Notes under the pieces: generated by a model
Told to the model about the DNA's origin: nothing
Database searches by the model: none
What the model saw: only the letters and a program-made list of their open reading frames with translations
NCBI GenBank assembly: GCA_016794805.1
Contig: JAEUJI010000039.1
Coordinates: 1-56,544 of the forward strand
Reading direction: 5' to 3'
Source: Gemmatimonadota bacterium
GTDB taxonomy: Bacteria; Gemmatimonadota; Gemmatimonadetes; Gemmatimonadales; GWC2-71-9
DNA: 56,544 bases
Shown here: positions 19,301 through 27,984 of the stretch, piece by piece
Numbering within the stretch: position 1 is the stretch's first letter
How the letters are laid out: each line of letters begins with the position of its first letter
Made by a program: the position numbers and the translations under genes

Positions 19301-19685
19301 GGGCGGCCACGGCCAGCTCGATGGCCTCGGCGATCATTGGGAGCTCTGGGCCCTGGCCGCCGGGGGCATGAAACCGCATGACGTGCTCCGCGCCGGCACC
19401 ATCTTCGGCGCCGACGCGATCGGCATGGCGCGGGACCTGGGCAGCCTCGAGCCGGGCAAGCTCGCCGACCTGATCGTGCTCGACGGGAATCCCCTGGCCG
19501 ACATCCACCTGACCAACTCCATCCGATACGTGATGAAGAACGGCCGGCTGTACGATGGGGACACCCTCGACGAGGTCTACCCCCGGGTGCGGCCGCTGGA
19601 CGCCCAGTGGTGGTGGAACCGCGACGCCGGGGATGTCGGCGCCGCGCCCTCAAGCCGGGGCGACGACTTCCCCAGCGGCCCATGA
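16332..19685 (+). CDS. TolB-like beta-propeller / amidohydrolase fusion protein
   Basis: 1117 aa with GGAGG upstream. The N-terminal two thirds contain repeated PD40/TolB-type blocks (SPDGRTIAF, WSPDGARLVFLSDR, LSPDGRWLVYA, WSPDGKQIAYV, WSPDGSRIVAL). The C-terminus has metal-dependent amidohydrolase motifs (VIPGLVDIHAHPW, ..GGHG..). Confidence 0.85.
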   Translation: MLVLTVLTAWSTLTALPDTTKKKTDSLPLATTRSVEFETSEGTWLSLDLSPDGRTIAFELLGDIYTLPAAGGRATAISQGPAFDSQPRWSPDGARLVFLSDRSGGENVWTMKPDGSDATQVSKGDNNLYASPEWTPDGDYIVVSKTNAPLGSNYQLWLYHRDGGPGVSLTKDDKGQRVLGTGRGTTINSLGAAFGKDGRYLWYARKRGGFGYNIDITQWQLAIFDRQTGQIFPQTDVYGSAMRPALSPDGRWLVYAVRHDAETGLRLRNLESGDERWLKYPVQRDDQESRFTRDLMPGSAFTPDSRAFVTTWGGRIWRVELAGGAATEIPFTASVRLDLGPLVRFETAVDTGDILLRQIRDPELSPDGTRLVFSALDRLYLLQLPNGKPRRLTSDTVLEQQPRWSPDGKQIAYVTWGIGGGAIQAVSADGRGKPARLTPGPAFYQYPAWSPDGSRIVALRGPREARISESFGPGYELVWLPAKGGAVERVAPVNPGGRPHFSRSPDRIYLYDPGEGLLSMRFDGTDRRAHLKVTGFTVNAPAAEPNAADEILIAPDSTRALALVNNYIYLVNLPLTGQQPLVVNVADPAAAVFPAKRLTRTGGDFIGWAADGKSVTWSLGRSFFRWELARADSLARAKTAADSARADSLKQAGPKPDSTFKARVDSLAKAPAYDAARLDVAVTVPRDVPRGTLALTGARVISMKGDEVLEPGTIVITDNRITCVAAACTIPAGAKVIDLAGKTVIPGLVDIHAHPWPAWGVHQPQVWKYLANLAWGVTTTRDPQTSTTDVLTYADRVEAGGLLGPRIYHTGPGVFGPFIEEPFASLDEVRNALRRYSDFYRTNTIKQYMAGNRKQRQWVIMAAKEQGLMPTIEGGLDFKMNLTAAMDGYPGHEHSLPIMPLYRDAIELYARSGIVYTPTLLVSYGGPFSENWFYEHHDIHDMPKVRRFIPHAEIDARAERRPWFRDNQYVFARIADGARRIVEAGGKVGLGGHGQLDGLGDHWELWALAAGGMKPHDVLRAGTIFGADAIGMARDLGSLEPGKLADLIVLDGNPLADIHLTNSIRYVMKNGRLYDGDTLDEVYPRVRPLDAQWWWNRDAGDVGAAPSSRGDDFPSGP

Positions 19686-21310
19686 ACCACCGGCTCGCGC
19701 TGTGCGGCATCCTCTGGACCTCGGGGCTCGGCGCCCAGGCCCCGGCCACCGGGCCGCTTGCTCGCGCCGAATTCCTCCTCCAGCAGGCGCGATACTGGGC
19801 CGATCAGCTCCGGATGGCCGACGCGCTGGGCGGGGACCGGCTGCCCGATGGGTCCCCGCTCTCCGCCGCGGCGGACAGCCTGCCCTCCGCAGTGTCCCGG
19901 GCCAGCGACGAACTCGCGCGGGTTGACACCGCCGCGCTCAACCCGGAGGATCGGCGGGCACGGATTGCCATTGCGCGGGTACTCCGGGAGATCGCGGGGG
20001 AACGCGGAGAGGCCGCCGTGCCGGTGGTGTGCGAGCCCGGGGGGCAGTCGGCCACGGCGCTGCAGCCCCTCACCGAGGCCACCATGGCCTGCTACGGCGC
20101 GGCACAGGAACGGATCGTCGTGGGCCACGATACGCTGGATCGCCTCACGATCCTCGGGCGGCTCTCCCGGGAACCCGACCCGGAACGGCGCCGTTCCCTG
20201 TTCCGTGCCCTGACCCCGGTGTGGCGCAGCGTGAACGGCGACAACGCACCGGACAGTCCCTATCGCCGGCTGCTCCGGCTCCGCCGCGAGGCATGGCAGG
20301 GAGGGGCCAGTCCACTCGAGCAGAAGGGACCGGCGTTCGGGCTCACCACGGCCGATGTCGAGCGCTGGCTGGAAGCCGCCCTCGACGCGTGGCGACGGGC
20401 CACCCCCGGCCCGATGATGGAGCCCTGGGACTGGTATTACCGGAACGGCGCCGCCACCCGCCACCTCGGCCCGCGCGCCCCGACGGTGGAGGACCTGGTG
20501 CGGGTGGATCGCGACTACTACCGTCAGCTTGGCGCCGACCCCGAGCGGCTCGGCATCCGGCACGACCTTGCGCCGCGCGCCGGCAAGTATCCTGTTGCCT
20601 TCACTGACCTCAGCGCACGGACCCGGTGGGACAGCGCGGGCCGCCGGCTGCCCGCGGAGCCCTGGGTCGTCGCCACCTATCGCACCGGTGGGCTCGACAA
20701 TCTGGCCGAACTGCTGCACGAGACCGGGCACGCGATTCACCTCGCCGCACTTGAGACCCGCCCCGCCTTCCTGGATTGGCCTGACGACGACACCTTCACC
20801 GAAGCGCTCGCGGAACTCCCCGCCCTTGAGCTCTATGAGCCGGCCTGGCAACAGCGATTCCTGGGCGACAGCGTCCCATCCGGCGTGGGACTTCGGGCCC
20901 GCTACGCCGGTGTGGTACTCGACCTTGCATGGGCGCTGTTCGAACTGCGGGTGCATGCGAGGCCCGATGCCAACCCTGACTTCATCTGGGCCAGCCTCAC
21001 CAGCCGCTACCTGCGAATCGCGCCCTACCCCGAATGGTCCTGGTGGGCCATGCGCGGACAACTGGTGGACGCTCCCGGCTACCTCATCAACTACGCCCTC
21101 GGCGCCTTCATCGCGGCCGACCTGCGCGCCCGGGTCCGGGAGCTCCGCGGCGCCTCCGCCTGGTCCGAGCCGGACACCTATGGCTGGCTGTCGGAACGGC
21201 TCTATCGCTTCGGGCTGGAGCGGACGTCGCGCCGGGTCCTGGAGGACTTCCTGGGCCGCCCGCTCAGCCCCGACGCGCTGCTGCAGGACCTGGGCCGGCT
21301 GGCCCGATGA
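19682..21310 (+). CDS. Secreted putative zinc metallopeptidase (HExxH; M3/M2-like)
   Basis: Internal ATG in an ATGA overlap with the upstream gene. Signal-like MNHRLALCGILWTSGLGAQA and the motif LLHETGHAIH. 542 aa. The family is tentative. Confidence 0.7.
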   Translation: MNHRLALCGILWTSGLGAQAPATGPLARAEFLLQQARYWADQLRMADALGGDRLPDGSPLSAAADSLPSAVSRASDELARVDTAALNPEDRRARIAIARVLREIAGERGEAAVPVVCEPGGQSATALQPLTEATMACYGAAQERIVVGHDTLDRLTILGRLSREPDPERRRSLFRALTPVWRSVNGDNAPDSPYRRLLRLRREAWQGGASPLEQKGPAFGLTTADVERWLEAALDAWRRATPGPMMEPWDWYYRNGAATRHLGPRAPTVEDLVRVDRDYYRQLGADPERLGIRHDLAPRAGKYPVAFTDLSARTRWDSAGRRLPAEPWVVATYRTGGLDNLAELLHETGHAIHLAALETRPAFLDWPDDDTFTEALAELPALELYEPAWQQRFLGDSVPSGVGLRARYAGVVLDLAWALFELRVHARPDANPDFIWASLTSRYLRIAPYPEWSWWAMRGQLVDAPGYLINYALGAFIAADLRARVRELRGASAWSEPDTYGWLSERLYRFGLERTSRRVLEDFLGRPLSPDALLQDLGRLAR

Positions 21311-21975
21311 TCCGCGCGCCACTCTCCGCGGCCGATGCCGCCGATCGGGCACAGTACCTGGCGCTCTTCGTACGGGTGCTGATCTTCGGCCTGCCGCTGG
21401 TCATGGTGGGAGAATCGCTGGCATGGGGCCAGGGATGGTTCAATGGGTGGGTGCTCCTGCTGCTGTTCCTCCTCAACATCCCCCTGCTCTACCTGGCGAC
21501 CGGCTTCCTGTACGGGATGATGGAGCGCGCCGCGGAGGGCTTCGCCCAGACGGTGCTCGGGAGCGGGAATCTCAAGCCCGACCCGGCCCACTCCGGGTGT
21601 GAGTCGCTGGTGGCCCGCGGACTGTACCGCGAAGGTGCGCACGCATTTGCATCGTACCTGGCCAGCCACCCGCAGGACAACCTGGCACGGGTCAAGCTGG
21701 CGGAGATCCACCGGGCCCACCTGGGGGAGCCCGAGGCCGCCGAGCGGCTGCTGCTCGAGGTCCGGCGGCACCAGCCTTCCCCGCGGGAGGAAGTGCTGGT
21801 GGCCAACCTGCTGATCGAGTTGTATCGCGCGACGGGGCAGCGTGGGCGCCTGATGATGGAGCTGGCCCGGTTTGCGGACCGGTACCGGGGCACGCGACCG
21901 GGGACGGAGGCCGCACGCACACTCCGCGAGATGAAGGCGGAGCTGGACCGCGAATCAGGGCGAGAAGAGGGGTAG
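21307..21975 (+). CDS. Membrane protein with C-terminal TPR-like helical repeats
   Basis: Internal ATG in an ATGA overlap with the upstream peptidase. Two hydrophobic helices (LFVRVLIFGLPLVMV, WVLLLLFLLNIPLLYLATGFLY) are followed by a helical repeat region (YREGAHAFASYLASHPQDNLARVKLAEIH..). Confidence 0.6.
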   Translation: MIRAPLSAADAADRAQYLALFVRVLIFGLPLVMVGESLAWGQGWFNGWVLLLLFLLNIPLLYLATGFLYGMMERAAEGFAQTVLGSGNLKPDPAHSGCESLVARGLYREGAHAFASYLASHPQDNLARVKLAEIHRAHLGEPEAAERLLLEVRRHQPSPREEVLVANLLIELYRATGQRGRLMMELARFADRYRGTRPGTEAARTLREMKAELDRESGREEG

Positions 21976-23115
21976 GGTCGGCGTCGGCGTCAGCGAGCCC
22001 TGGCGGGTGGCATTGCCGAACTGGCCCAGGATGTTGCGGCCCCAGCAGTAGATCCGGTTCGCGGTGGTGCTGGCACAGGTGTGATTGCCCGCCGCCGCCA
22101 CGTGGGTGAAGCGGAATCCACCGCTGACCTGGACCGGCACCGTCGTCGGCTCGACTCCCTCGTTTCCCAGCTTGCCGTAGACGCTTGAACCCCAGCACCA
22201 GATCGCCCCGGCCGCCGTGATGGCGCAGGAGTGGTCCCGTCCTACCGTCAGGCTGACGTACCGCCTCCCCCCATGCACCGGCACCGGCAGCACCACCGCC
22301 TCCGGGGAGGAAAGCCCGGAGCCGAGCTCGGCCGCGAAGTCGCTGCCCCAGCACCATGCCTCGCCATGCTGGACCAGGCCGCAGGTGTGGTAATTCCCGG
22401 TGTCGAGCAGGTCGAAGCGGTGTCCGCCCCCCACTGCCCTCGGCGTCAGGGACCCGACGGTATCGCCGGTGCCGAGCTGGCCCAGGAAGTTGGCGCCCCA
22501 GCACCAGGCCTCCCCCTCCGCGGTTCGGGCGCAGGTATGCAGCCCGCCCGCGGCGATCCGGCTGAAACGGAGTGCGGTAGGCACCGCGGTCGGCGCAGTG
22601 CGGGGCAGCGTGTCGCCCAGGCCGAGCTGCCCCCACTCCCCCTGTCCCCAGCACCAGGCGACGCCTGCCAGGTCGAGGGCGCAGGTGTGGGAATCGCCGG
22701 CGCTGATGCTCTTGAACCGGTGGCCCCCGTTCACCGGGAGGGGATTCGGCTCCCGCCCGGAGTAGTGGCCGATGCCGAGCACGCCGATGAAATTGGTGCC
22801 CCAGCACCAGGCGTGGTCGTCGCGGTCGAGACCGCAGGCGTGGAAGTCACCGGCGGAGAGGGCCGTGAGGGTGAGGGGAACGCTCAGGGGCTGGGGGGTG
22901 AGTCGGCTGGTGGTATCGCCGTTGCCGAGCTGGCCGGTGAGCCCCGCGCCCCAGCACCAGCCCTGCTGCAGGGTGTCCACGGCGCAGGTATAGTCGCCCG
23001 CGGCCGCAAGCAGCACCGGCGTGGCGCCGGCTCCGGACGGGCCGGTACCGTCGCCGCAGCCGCTCCCACCGGCGGCCAGCACCGCGAGAATCGCGATCCT
23101 GCCGGAACACGGCAC
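21955..23115 (-). CDS. Lipoprotein with 7 RCC1-like repeats
   Basis: Lipobox ILAVLAAGGSGC and seven CWG-x-x-x-x-GQLG repeats (GWCWGAGLTGQLGNG .. IYCWGRNILGQFGN). Its 3' end overlaps the convergent TPR gene by 21 nt. Confidence 0.85.
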   Translation of the reverse strand: MPCSGRIAILAVLAAGGSGCGDGTGPSGAGATPVLLAAAGDYTCAVDTLQQGWCWGAGLTGQLGNGDTTSRLTPQPLSVPLTLTALSAGDFHACGLDRDDHAWCWGTNFIGVLGIGHYSGREPNPLPVNGGHRFKSISAGDSHTCALDLAGVAWCWGQGEWGQLGLGDTLPRTAPTAVPTALRFSRIAAGGLHTCARTAEGEAWCWGANFLGQLGTGDTVGSLTPRAVGGGHRFDLLDTGNYHTCGLVQHGEAWCWGSDFAAELGSGLSSPEAVVLPVPVHGGRRYVSLTVGRDHSCAITAAGAIWCWGSSVYGKLGNEGVEPTTVPVQVSGGFRFTHVAAAGNHTCASTTANRIYCWGRNILGQFGNATRQGSLTPTPTLPLFSP

Positions 23116-23117
23116 TG

Positions 23118-23963
23118 TCAGGCTCGGCGCAAGGTGAACACCCCGATCTCCGGCGGGCAGCGGAAGCGCGCCCGGATCCCGCTCGTCCCCAGCCCCCGAC
23201 TCACGTACAGCGGTGCGAAGCTGTCGCGGTACCAGCCGGCGACGAAACGGCCGCTGGCCGGCGGAGTGATGGCGGGCAGGAGTGGTGGTCGAATCTGGCC
23301 TCCGTGCGTGTGCCCGGCAAGAGCGAGAAACGGTCGCGGCAGGGGGCGGGTATTGAGCACGTCGGCGTAGCCCGGGGCGTGAAACGCCCAGAGGACGGGA
23401 TCACCCTCGGAGACGTTGCGGATTGCGCGCTCCGGGTCCGGCAGCCCCGCCCGGGGATCGTCGAGACCGACAATTGTCAGCCGCCCCCTTCCGCGTTCCA
23501 CTCTGAGGCTTTCATTGAGCAACAGCGAGGCCCCGCCACGGGAAGCCGCCTGGGCCAGCATCATCGGGGTGACCCCGCTCTGGTGCTCCCAGTTCCCGAA
23601 CGTCACCACGGTGGCCAGCCGGCCGCGGCAGCCCTCCAGCCAGCCGCTAGCCTCCGGCAGCTGGTCCGGGTGCTCCACCACATCCCCGGTAATCACGGTG
23701 AGGTCGGGCGCGAGCTCTGCCATGAGCTCCAGCGAGCGCCGGGCCGGGGCATGAAGCCCATCGTGGAGGTGCAGGTCGCTCAGGTGGGCGATGGTCAGCC
23801 CTTCCAGGTCCGGCGACAGCCCGGGCACCGCCACATCGAAACGATCGAGCCGGATGCGCGCCGGCGCCCACGTGAAGGCATCGACGCAGGTCCCAGCCGT
23901 GCCGGCGACGACGCCACCGGCTGCCAGCAGGAACCCGCGCCGGGAGAGAGGACGAACGGTCAT
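23118..23963 (-). CDS. Tat-signal metallophosphoesterase (YaeI-like calcineurin-fold phosphoesterase)
   Basis: Internal ATG gives MTVRPLSRRGFLLAAGGVVAG (twin-arginine motif). Motifs: HLSDLHLH, TGDVVEH, GNWE, GHTHGGQ. The upstream 173 codons of the ORF are Arg/Pro/Gly noise. Confidence 0.85.
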   Translation of the reverse strand: MTVRPLSRRGFLLAAGGVVAGTAGTCVDAFTWAPARIRLDRFDVAVPGLSPDLEGLTIAHLSDLHLHDGLHAPARRSLELMAELAPDLTVITGDVVEHPDQLPEASGWLEGCRGRLATVVTFGNWEHQSGVTPMMLAQAASRGGASLLLNESLRVERGRGRLTIVGLDDPRAGLPDPERAIRNVSEGDPVLWAFHAPGYADVLNTRPLPRPFLALAGHTHGGQIRPPLLPAITPPASGRFVAGWYRDSFAPLYVSRGLGTSGIRARFRCPPEIGVFTLRRA

Positions 23964-24046
23964 GCGCGGTGTTGCTTCCTCACTCGTGGAACATCTTCGT
24001 TCGCCGGGTCCTGGGTGCGTGGCCTGGGCGGGCCCCACTCCCGGCC

Positions 24047-25168
24047 TCAGGCCCCCGGCTGCAGCCGGAGGTCCGGATAGACCGTGGCTACGGGGAGGTC
24101 CGACCCGGCCAGTTCCCGGGCGCTCCACGCCAGGATCCGCTGCCGCACCTCCTCCGGCACGTCGAGGTGCCGGTCGGCGGTACCCCGAACGAACAACTCC
24201 GCGTTGGTCTGGAGAATGTGCGGGGGATGCATCTCGAAATTGTCCTGGTGCTGCTGCATGTACTGGAAGCTGCACTTCTCCACCACCCGGGCCAGTTCGG
24301 CCTCGGAGAGCGGGGCGACGCCGAGGAACTCCGCGACCTGCCGGGCCACCGCGCCCAGGTCCTGCTTCATCTGCTCGAAATACACGAAGAGCACGTTGCC
24401 GTCCCGCCGGGACCGCGTCCACCACCCCTTCACATGGTCGGGCCAGGTGCCCCACCACATCAGCTCGGGCGACCGGTACCACTCCTCAAACGCGGGCATT
24501 CCCGGCGCCATGGCGCCCACATTGGTCACCACGAAGTCGATGCAGCTCGCGAAGCAGGAGACCGGGTGCCGCGCCACGTAGATGTACCGCGCGTCCGGAC
24601 GGCTGGGGCAGAGTTGCGCCGGGAGGTGGGTCTTGAGGATCCGGCTGGGCCGCTCACGGCCCAGCAGCGGGGCCTCCTCCAGCGACACGCTCTTCCGGCC
24701 CTCGAGCCACGGGGCCACCGCGTACATCGCGGTGCCGGTAGCCACGAGGGTGCCCTCCCCGCGGTGCAGCACCTCGTAGACGACGTGCTGCATCCAGGTG
24801 GTGCCGCATTTCATCTGCGTCACCACGAAGACGTCCTCGGGCCGCGGCTGGTAGCCTTCCGCCCGGGCGAAGCTCTCCGGGCTGCAGCTTCCGTGCGGCG
24901 CCGCGACACCCTTGTAGAGGAAGGCCACCCGGCGGAAGTCCAGCTTGGCGAGGCGGGCGTTGAGCCAGAGGAGCGGGGAGAGCAGGCGGGCATGGCGCCG
25001 GAGCCGGGACTTGAAGGCCGCCCGTCCCGCCGGCGGCAGGCCATAGTACCGGAGCCCGAGGGTCTGGTCATCCTCCCACTTGAGTACCATCCCGAGGTAG
25101 ATCCCGAATCCGACGTACAGCGCGAACAATACGGCAAGCGCCGTGATGATCCACCAGACAAGCGACAT
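24047..25168 (-). CDS. Membrane-anchored sulfotransferase family protein
   Basis: GGAGG lies 11 nt upstream. It has an N-terminal TM helix (WWIITALAVLFALYVGFGIYLGMV), a PAPS 5'-phosphosulfate-binding-like loop (VVTQMKCGTTWMQHV) and later RSRRDGNVLFVYFEQMKQD. Confidence 0.75.
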   Translation of the reverse strand: MSLVWWIITALAVLFALYVGFGIYLGMVLKWEDDQTLGLRYYGLPPAGRAAFKSRLRRHARLLSPLLWLNARLAKLDFRRVAFLYKGVAAPHGSCSPESFARAEGYQPRPEDVFVVTQMKCGTTWMQHVVYEVLHRGEGTLVATGTAMYAVAPWLEGRKSVSLEEAPLLGRERPSRILKTHLPAQLCPSRPDARYIYVARHPVSCFASCIDFVVTNVGAMAPGMPAFEEWYRSPELMWWGTWPDHVKGWWTRSRRDGNVLFVYFEQMKQDLGAVARQVAEFLGVAPLSEAELARVVEKCSFQYMQQHQDNFEMHPPHILQTNAELFVRGTADRHLDVPEEVRQRILAWSARELAGSDLPVATVYPDLRLQPGA

Positions 25169-25204
25169 CGTGCGGGACCTCCGGGAGGATGGGGGCGGTC
25201 GCGA

Positions 25205-25540
25205 TCAGCGGGCGGGCGCGGGTTCCACGCGCACCACGTCGACGATCTCGCCCACCATGCAGCTGCTCATGAGGTCGGCGCGCTTCTTGAGGATCAGCGT
25301 CACGGCGCGGCCGTCCACCAGCACCTCCGCGGGCGCCTGGTCGGGCCGCAGCTCGTACCCCTTCCCGTCCTCCCCGGCGAACCGCCAGCAGTTCATCCCC
25401 ACCTGTGACTTGCTCACCGTCCCGGACACCCGGAACTCATCCGCCCCCAGCGCCGCCACCGTGCCCCCCTTGGGCGCGCAGGCCAGCAGCAGCGTCACCC
25501 CGACCGCCACGCCACCCAGCGCCAGCAAACGTCTGATCAT
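25205..25540 (-). CDS. Small lipoprotein of unknown function
   Basis: 111 aa with lipobox GVTLLLAC and a beta-rich body containing two further Cys residues. I cannot confidently recognise a family. Confidence 0.6.
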   Translation of the reverse strand: MIRRLLALGGVAVGVTLLLACAPKGGTVAALGADEFRVSGTVSKSQVGMNCWRFAGEDGKGYELRPDQAPAEVLVDGRAVTLILKKRADLMSSCMVGEIVDVVRVEPAPAR

Positions 25541-25587
25541 CCTGCCCTCCCACCGCAGGTCGTGGTCGCCATCCGGACCGGCGGAGT

Positions 25588-25761
25588 CTATCCGATCCGG
25601 GCCAGAACCGCCAACGCCGCCGGCAGGAGCCAGACCGCCGGGCCGAGTCCGGACCAGGGCTCCCGGCTGGCCGTGCGGGAGATGGCGCGGCCGGCCCCGA
25701 GGGGACAGACCACCAGCATGACCGCGGCCAGCAGGGGCAGGACCAGCGTGGTGCCGGTCAC
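25588..25761 (-). CDS. Possible 57-aa two-helix membrane peptide
   Basis: GTG-initiated tail of the 25588..25989 frame. It encodes two hydrophobic helices (TLVLPLLAAVMLVVCPLGAG / GPAVWLLPAALAVLA) and nearly all third codon positions are G/C. There is no clear Shine-Dalgarno sequence. It fills an otherwise empty 250-bp gap. Confidence 0.3.
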   Translation of the reverse strand: MTGTTLVLPLLAAVMLVVCPLGAGRAISRTASREPWSGLGPAVWLLPAALAVLARIG

Positions 25762-25789
25762 GGCTCGGCCGCCGCCAGGAGCGCGGAGA

Positions 25790-27262
25790 TCATGGGATGG
25801 TCCCCGCGGGGAGCGACGCGACGGCGTTGCTGGCGCGCCGCAGGGCAAGCTGCCACTCGCGAGGATCGTGGGATGGGGGGCCGCCGAAGCGCGCCCGCAG
25901 GGTATTGTGCAGCTCCCGACGCTGCCATTCCGGAAGCGAGGGCAGGGCAGCCACCAGGGCCGGGACCGCATCGGCGCCCAGCTTGCCATGATAGTACACG
26001 TCGAAGGACCGGACCGAACTGGCTCGCCGGAGGTTTGTCTCCACGATGACCCGTTCGGGATTCACGGCGTTGAGGGTGAAGAGCCAGGCCCCCCAGGCCA
26101 GCAGCGTCCCGCGCGCGAACGGCGCCGGGTGTCCCCGGAGCACCGTGGCCACGAACCAGAGCGCCGTCACCGCCAGCCCACCCATGAACGCGGAGGCGAA
26201 GAACCGGTCCTCGGTGAGCCCGTACTCTGCCTGGTACAGCGCCATCCGGTGCGCGGCCGAGGCCATGATGGCCAGCACCAGGACCACCTGGATCCCCGCC
26301 AGGCTCCGGAACAGCTGGGCGGCCCGCCGTGACTCGGCATCGAGGCGCGTGGAAAGCAGCAACAGCAGGGGCAGCACCAGCGTCGACACCGCCACCAGCT
26401 GGAAGAACCCTTCGCGCGCGTATTCTGCCAGGGTGACCCCGGCCGTCCGTTCCACCCAGGCGGCGCCGCCGAACAGGTACGGGAGCTGGAAGGCGATGAA
26501 TGCGGCGAACAGCAGATTCACCAGCCCCAGCGTCACCGCGACCTCGACCGGACCCAGCCCGCCCGCCCTCGCCGGGCCGGGCGCCAGGATCCAGCGTCCG
26601 GCCTGGGGCAGCGCCCCGTGCAGGATCGCAGCCCCCACCCAGGCCGTCCCCAGGGTGACCACCACATGCTCGGCCACGCGCTCGGGATTGAGGCGGAGGG
26701 TGTCGGTGAGAAAGTCCCCGAAGACCGGGTCGGCGGAGCCGAGCAGCAGCCCGAAGACGAGCAACACCGGCGCGGCCAGCAGGACCCCGCGGACGTAGGG
26801 GGCGACCCGGCCGATCCGGCTCGCCTCGCCCGGGCGCCGCTGTTCGTCGAGGATAGTGGCGAATCCACCTGCCGCGAGCCGGCCGCCCAGGGCCACAAAG
26901 GCCCGCACCAGGCGCACCACGGTGAGATCCAGCAGCGCCCGCGCCGCGGCCGGCTCCGCCGCGAGCGGCAGGAGGGCGAACACCACGACCAGCCCCATCG
27001 TGTTCAGCAACAGGAGCGTCTCGTTGGCCCGCCACGCCCAGACCAGCGCGAGCGCCACCGCGGCCAGCAGCAGGTCCCGCTCGAGTCGCGGCAGGGATTG
27101 CTGCCCGGCCCGGCGATAGCGGACCCAGCAGGCCGCAACCGCGCCGACCCAGAGGGCGACGTTGAGCCCTGGCATATTCCCCCGGAACAGCACATTGCCC
27201 AGCAGGCCGAGGAGGATCACCGGCGCGAAGAGGGAGGGGTGCTCCCGGGTGTCGGTGGTCAT
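25790..27262 (-). CDS. Polytopic membrane protein (DUF4153/DUF4173-like, tentative)
   Basis: Start at the internal ATG ([28 protein letters not shown]), which forms an ATGA overlap with the uppS stop. It has at least 10 hydrophobic segments plus a soluble C-terminal tail. Confidence 0.7.
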   Translation of the reverse strand: MTTDTREHPSLFAPVILLGLLGNVLFRGNMPGLNVALWVGAVAACWVRYRRAGQQSLPRLERDLLLAAVALALVWAWRANETLLLLNTMGLVVVFALLPLAAEPAAARALLDLTVVRLVRAFVALGGRLAAGGFATILDEQRRPGEASRIGRVAPYVRGVLLAAPVLLVFGLLLGSADPVFGDFLTDTLRLNPERVAEHVVVTLGTAWVGAAILHGALPQAGRWILAPGPARAGGLGPVEVAVTLGLVNLLFAAFIAFQLPYLFGGAAWVERTAGVTLAEYAREGFFQLVAVSTLVLPLLLLLSTRLDAESRRAAQLFRSLAGIQVVLVLAIMASAAHRMALYQAEYGLTEDRFFASAFMGGLAVTALWFVATVLRGHPAPFARGTLLAWGAWLFTLNAVNPERVIVETNLRRASSVRSFDVYYHGKLGADAVPALVAALPSLPEWQRRELHNTLRARFGGPPSHDPREWQLALRRASNAVASLPAGTIP

Positions 27263-27972
27263 GCGCCCTCCTGGACCTGCAGCCGGCCGAAGCGCCGGTT
27301 CCGCTGGCGGTACTCCTGCATCGCGGCGGCGAGGTCCGCCGCCCCGAAGTCGGGCCAGCAGCGCTCGCTGAAGCAGAGTTCCGCGTAGGCGCACTCCCAG
27401 AGGAGGAAGTCGCTCAGGCGCCGCTCCCCCCCGGTCCGCACCAGGAGGTCCACGTCCGGCACCGGGCGGCGGTCGTGCCCCGCCTGGCCCAGGCAGGCGG
27501 CGAAGCGTTCCCGGGTCAGTGCGGGCTGGGCGCCGGCCCGCCGGGCCGCGCGCACGATCTGGTCCCGGGCCGAGTAGTCGAGGGCGATGCGGAGGCGGAG
27601 GGTGCGGCCGCCCCGGGTTGCCCGCTCCGCCACCGCGATCGCGGAGCGGACCGGCAGCGGCAGCCGGTCCCGGCGGCCAATGACGGTCAGCTGTACCCCC
27701 GCCTCGGCGCCCTCGGTGGCGGCCCCCCGGAGGTACTCGGCGAAGAGCCGCATGAGTTCCCCGACCTCCGCGGCCGGCCGCTGCCAGTTGTCGGAGGAGA
27801 AGGCGTACAGGGTGAGGACGGCGATGCCGTGGGCGGGCGCGGCCCGGACGATCTCCCGCACCCGGGTGGCGCCAGCGCGGTGCCCCTCCGTCCGGGGCGC
27901 GCCGCGGCGCTCGGCCCAGCGGCCGTTGCCGTCCATGATGATGCCCACGTGCAGCGAAGTACTTTGTTCCAT
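27259..27972 (-). CDS. uppS: Undecaprenyl-diphosphate synthase (cis-prenyltransferase)
   Basis: [17 protein letters not shown], the [13 protein letters not shown] block and [15 protein letters not shown] are canonical UppS motifs. 237 aa. Confidence 0.95.
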   Translation of the reverse strand: MEQSTSLHVGIIMDGNGRWAERRGAPRTEGHRAGATRVREIVRAAPAHGIAVLTLYAFSSDNWQRPAAEVGELMRLFAEYLRGAATEGAEAGVQLTVIGRRDRLPLPVRSAIAVAERATRGGRTLRLRIALDYSARDQIVRAARRAGAQPALTRERFAACLGQAGHDRRPVPDVDLLVRTGGERRLSDFLLWECAYAELCFSERCWPDFGAADLAAAMQEYRQRNRRFGRLQVQEGA

Positions 27973-27979
27973 AAAGTCA
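27957..27979 (-). promoter_or_regulatory. AT-rich palindromic motif copy 1: TGACTTTATGGAACAAAGTACTT (overlaps uppS start codon)
   Basis: 20 of 23 positions are identical to the copy at 29046..29068. It contains inverted arms ACTTT(A/G)-N5-CAAAGT and the palindrome AAGTACTT. This composition is strongly atypical for a ~70% GC genome. Confidence 0.5.
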
Positions 27980-27984
27980 GGCTC

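Noticed and set aside
25588-25989. The full 133-aa ORF on the minus strand overlapping the 3' end of the polytopic membrane-protein gene.
   Set aside because: Its first 76 codons overlap a well-supported gene and are Pro/Arg/Ser-rich. Only the C-terminal 57 codons in the true intergenic gap are kept as a low-confidence candidate.
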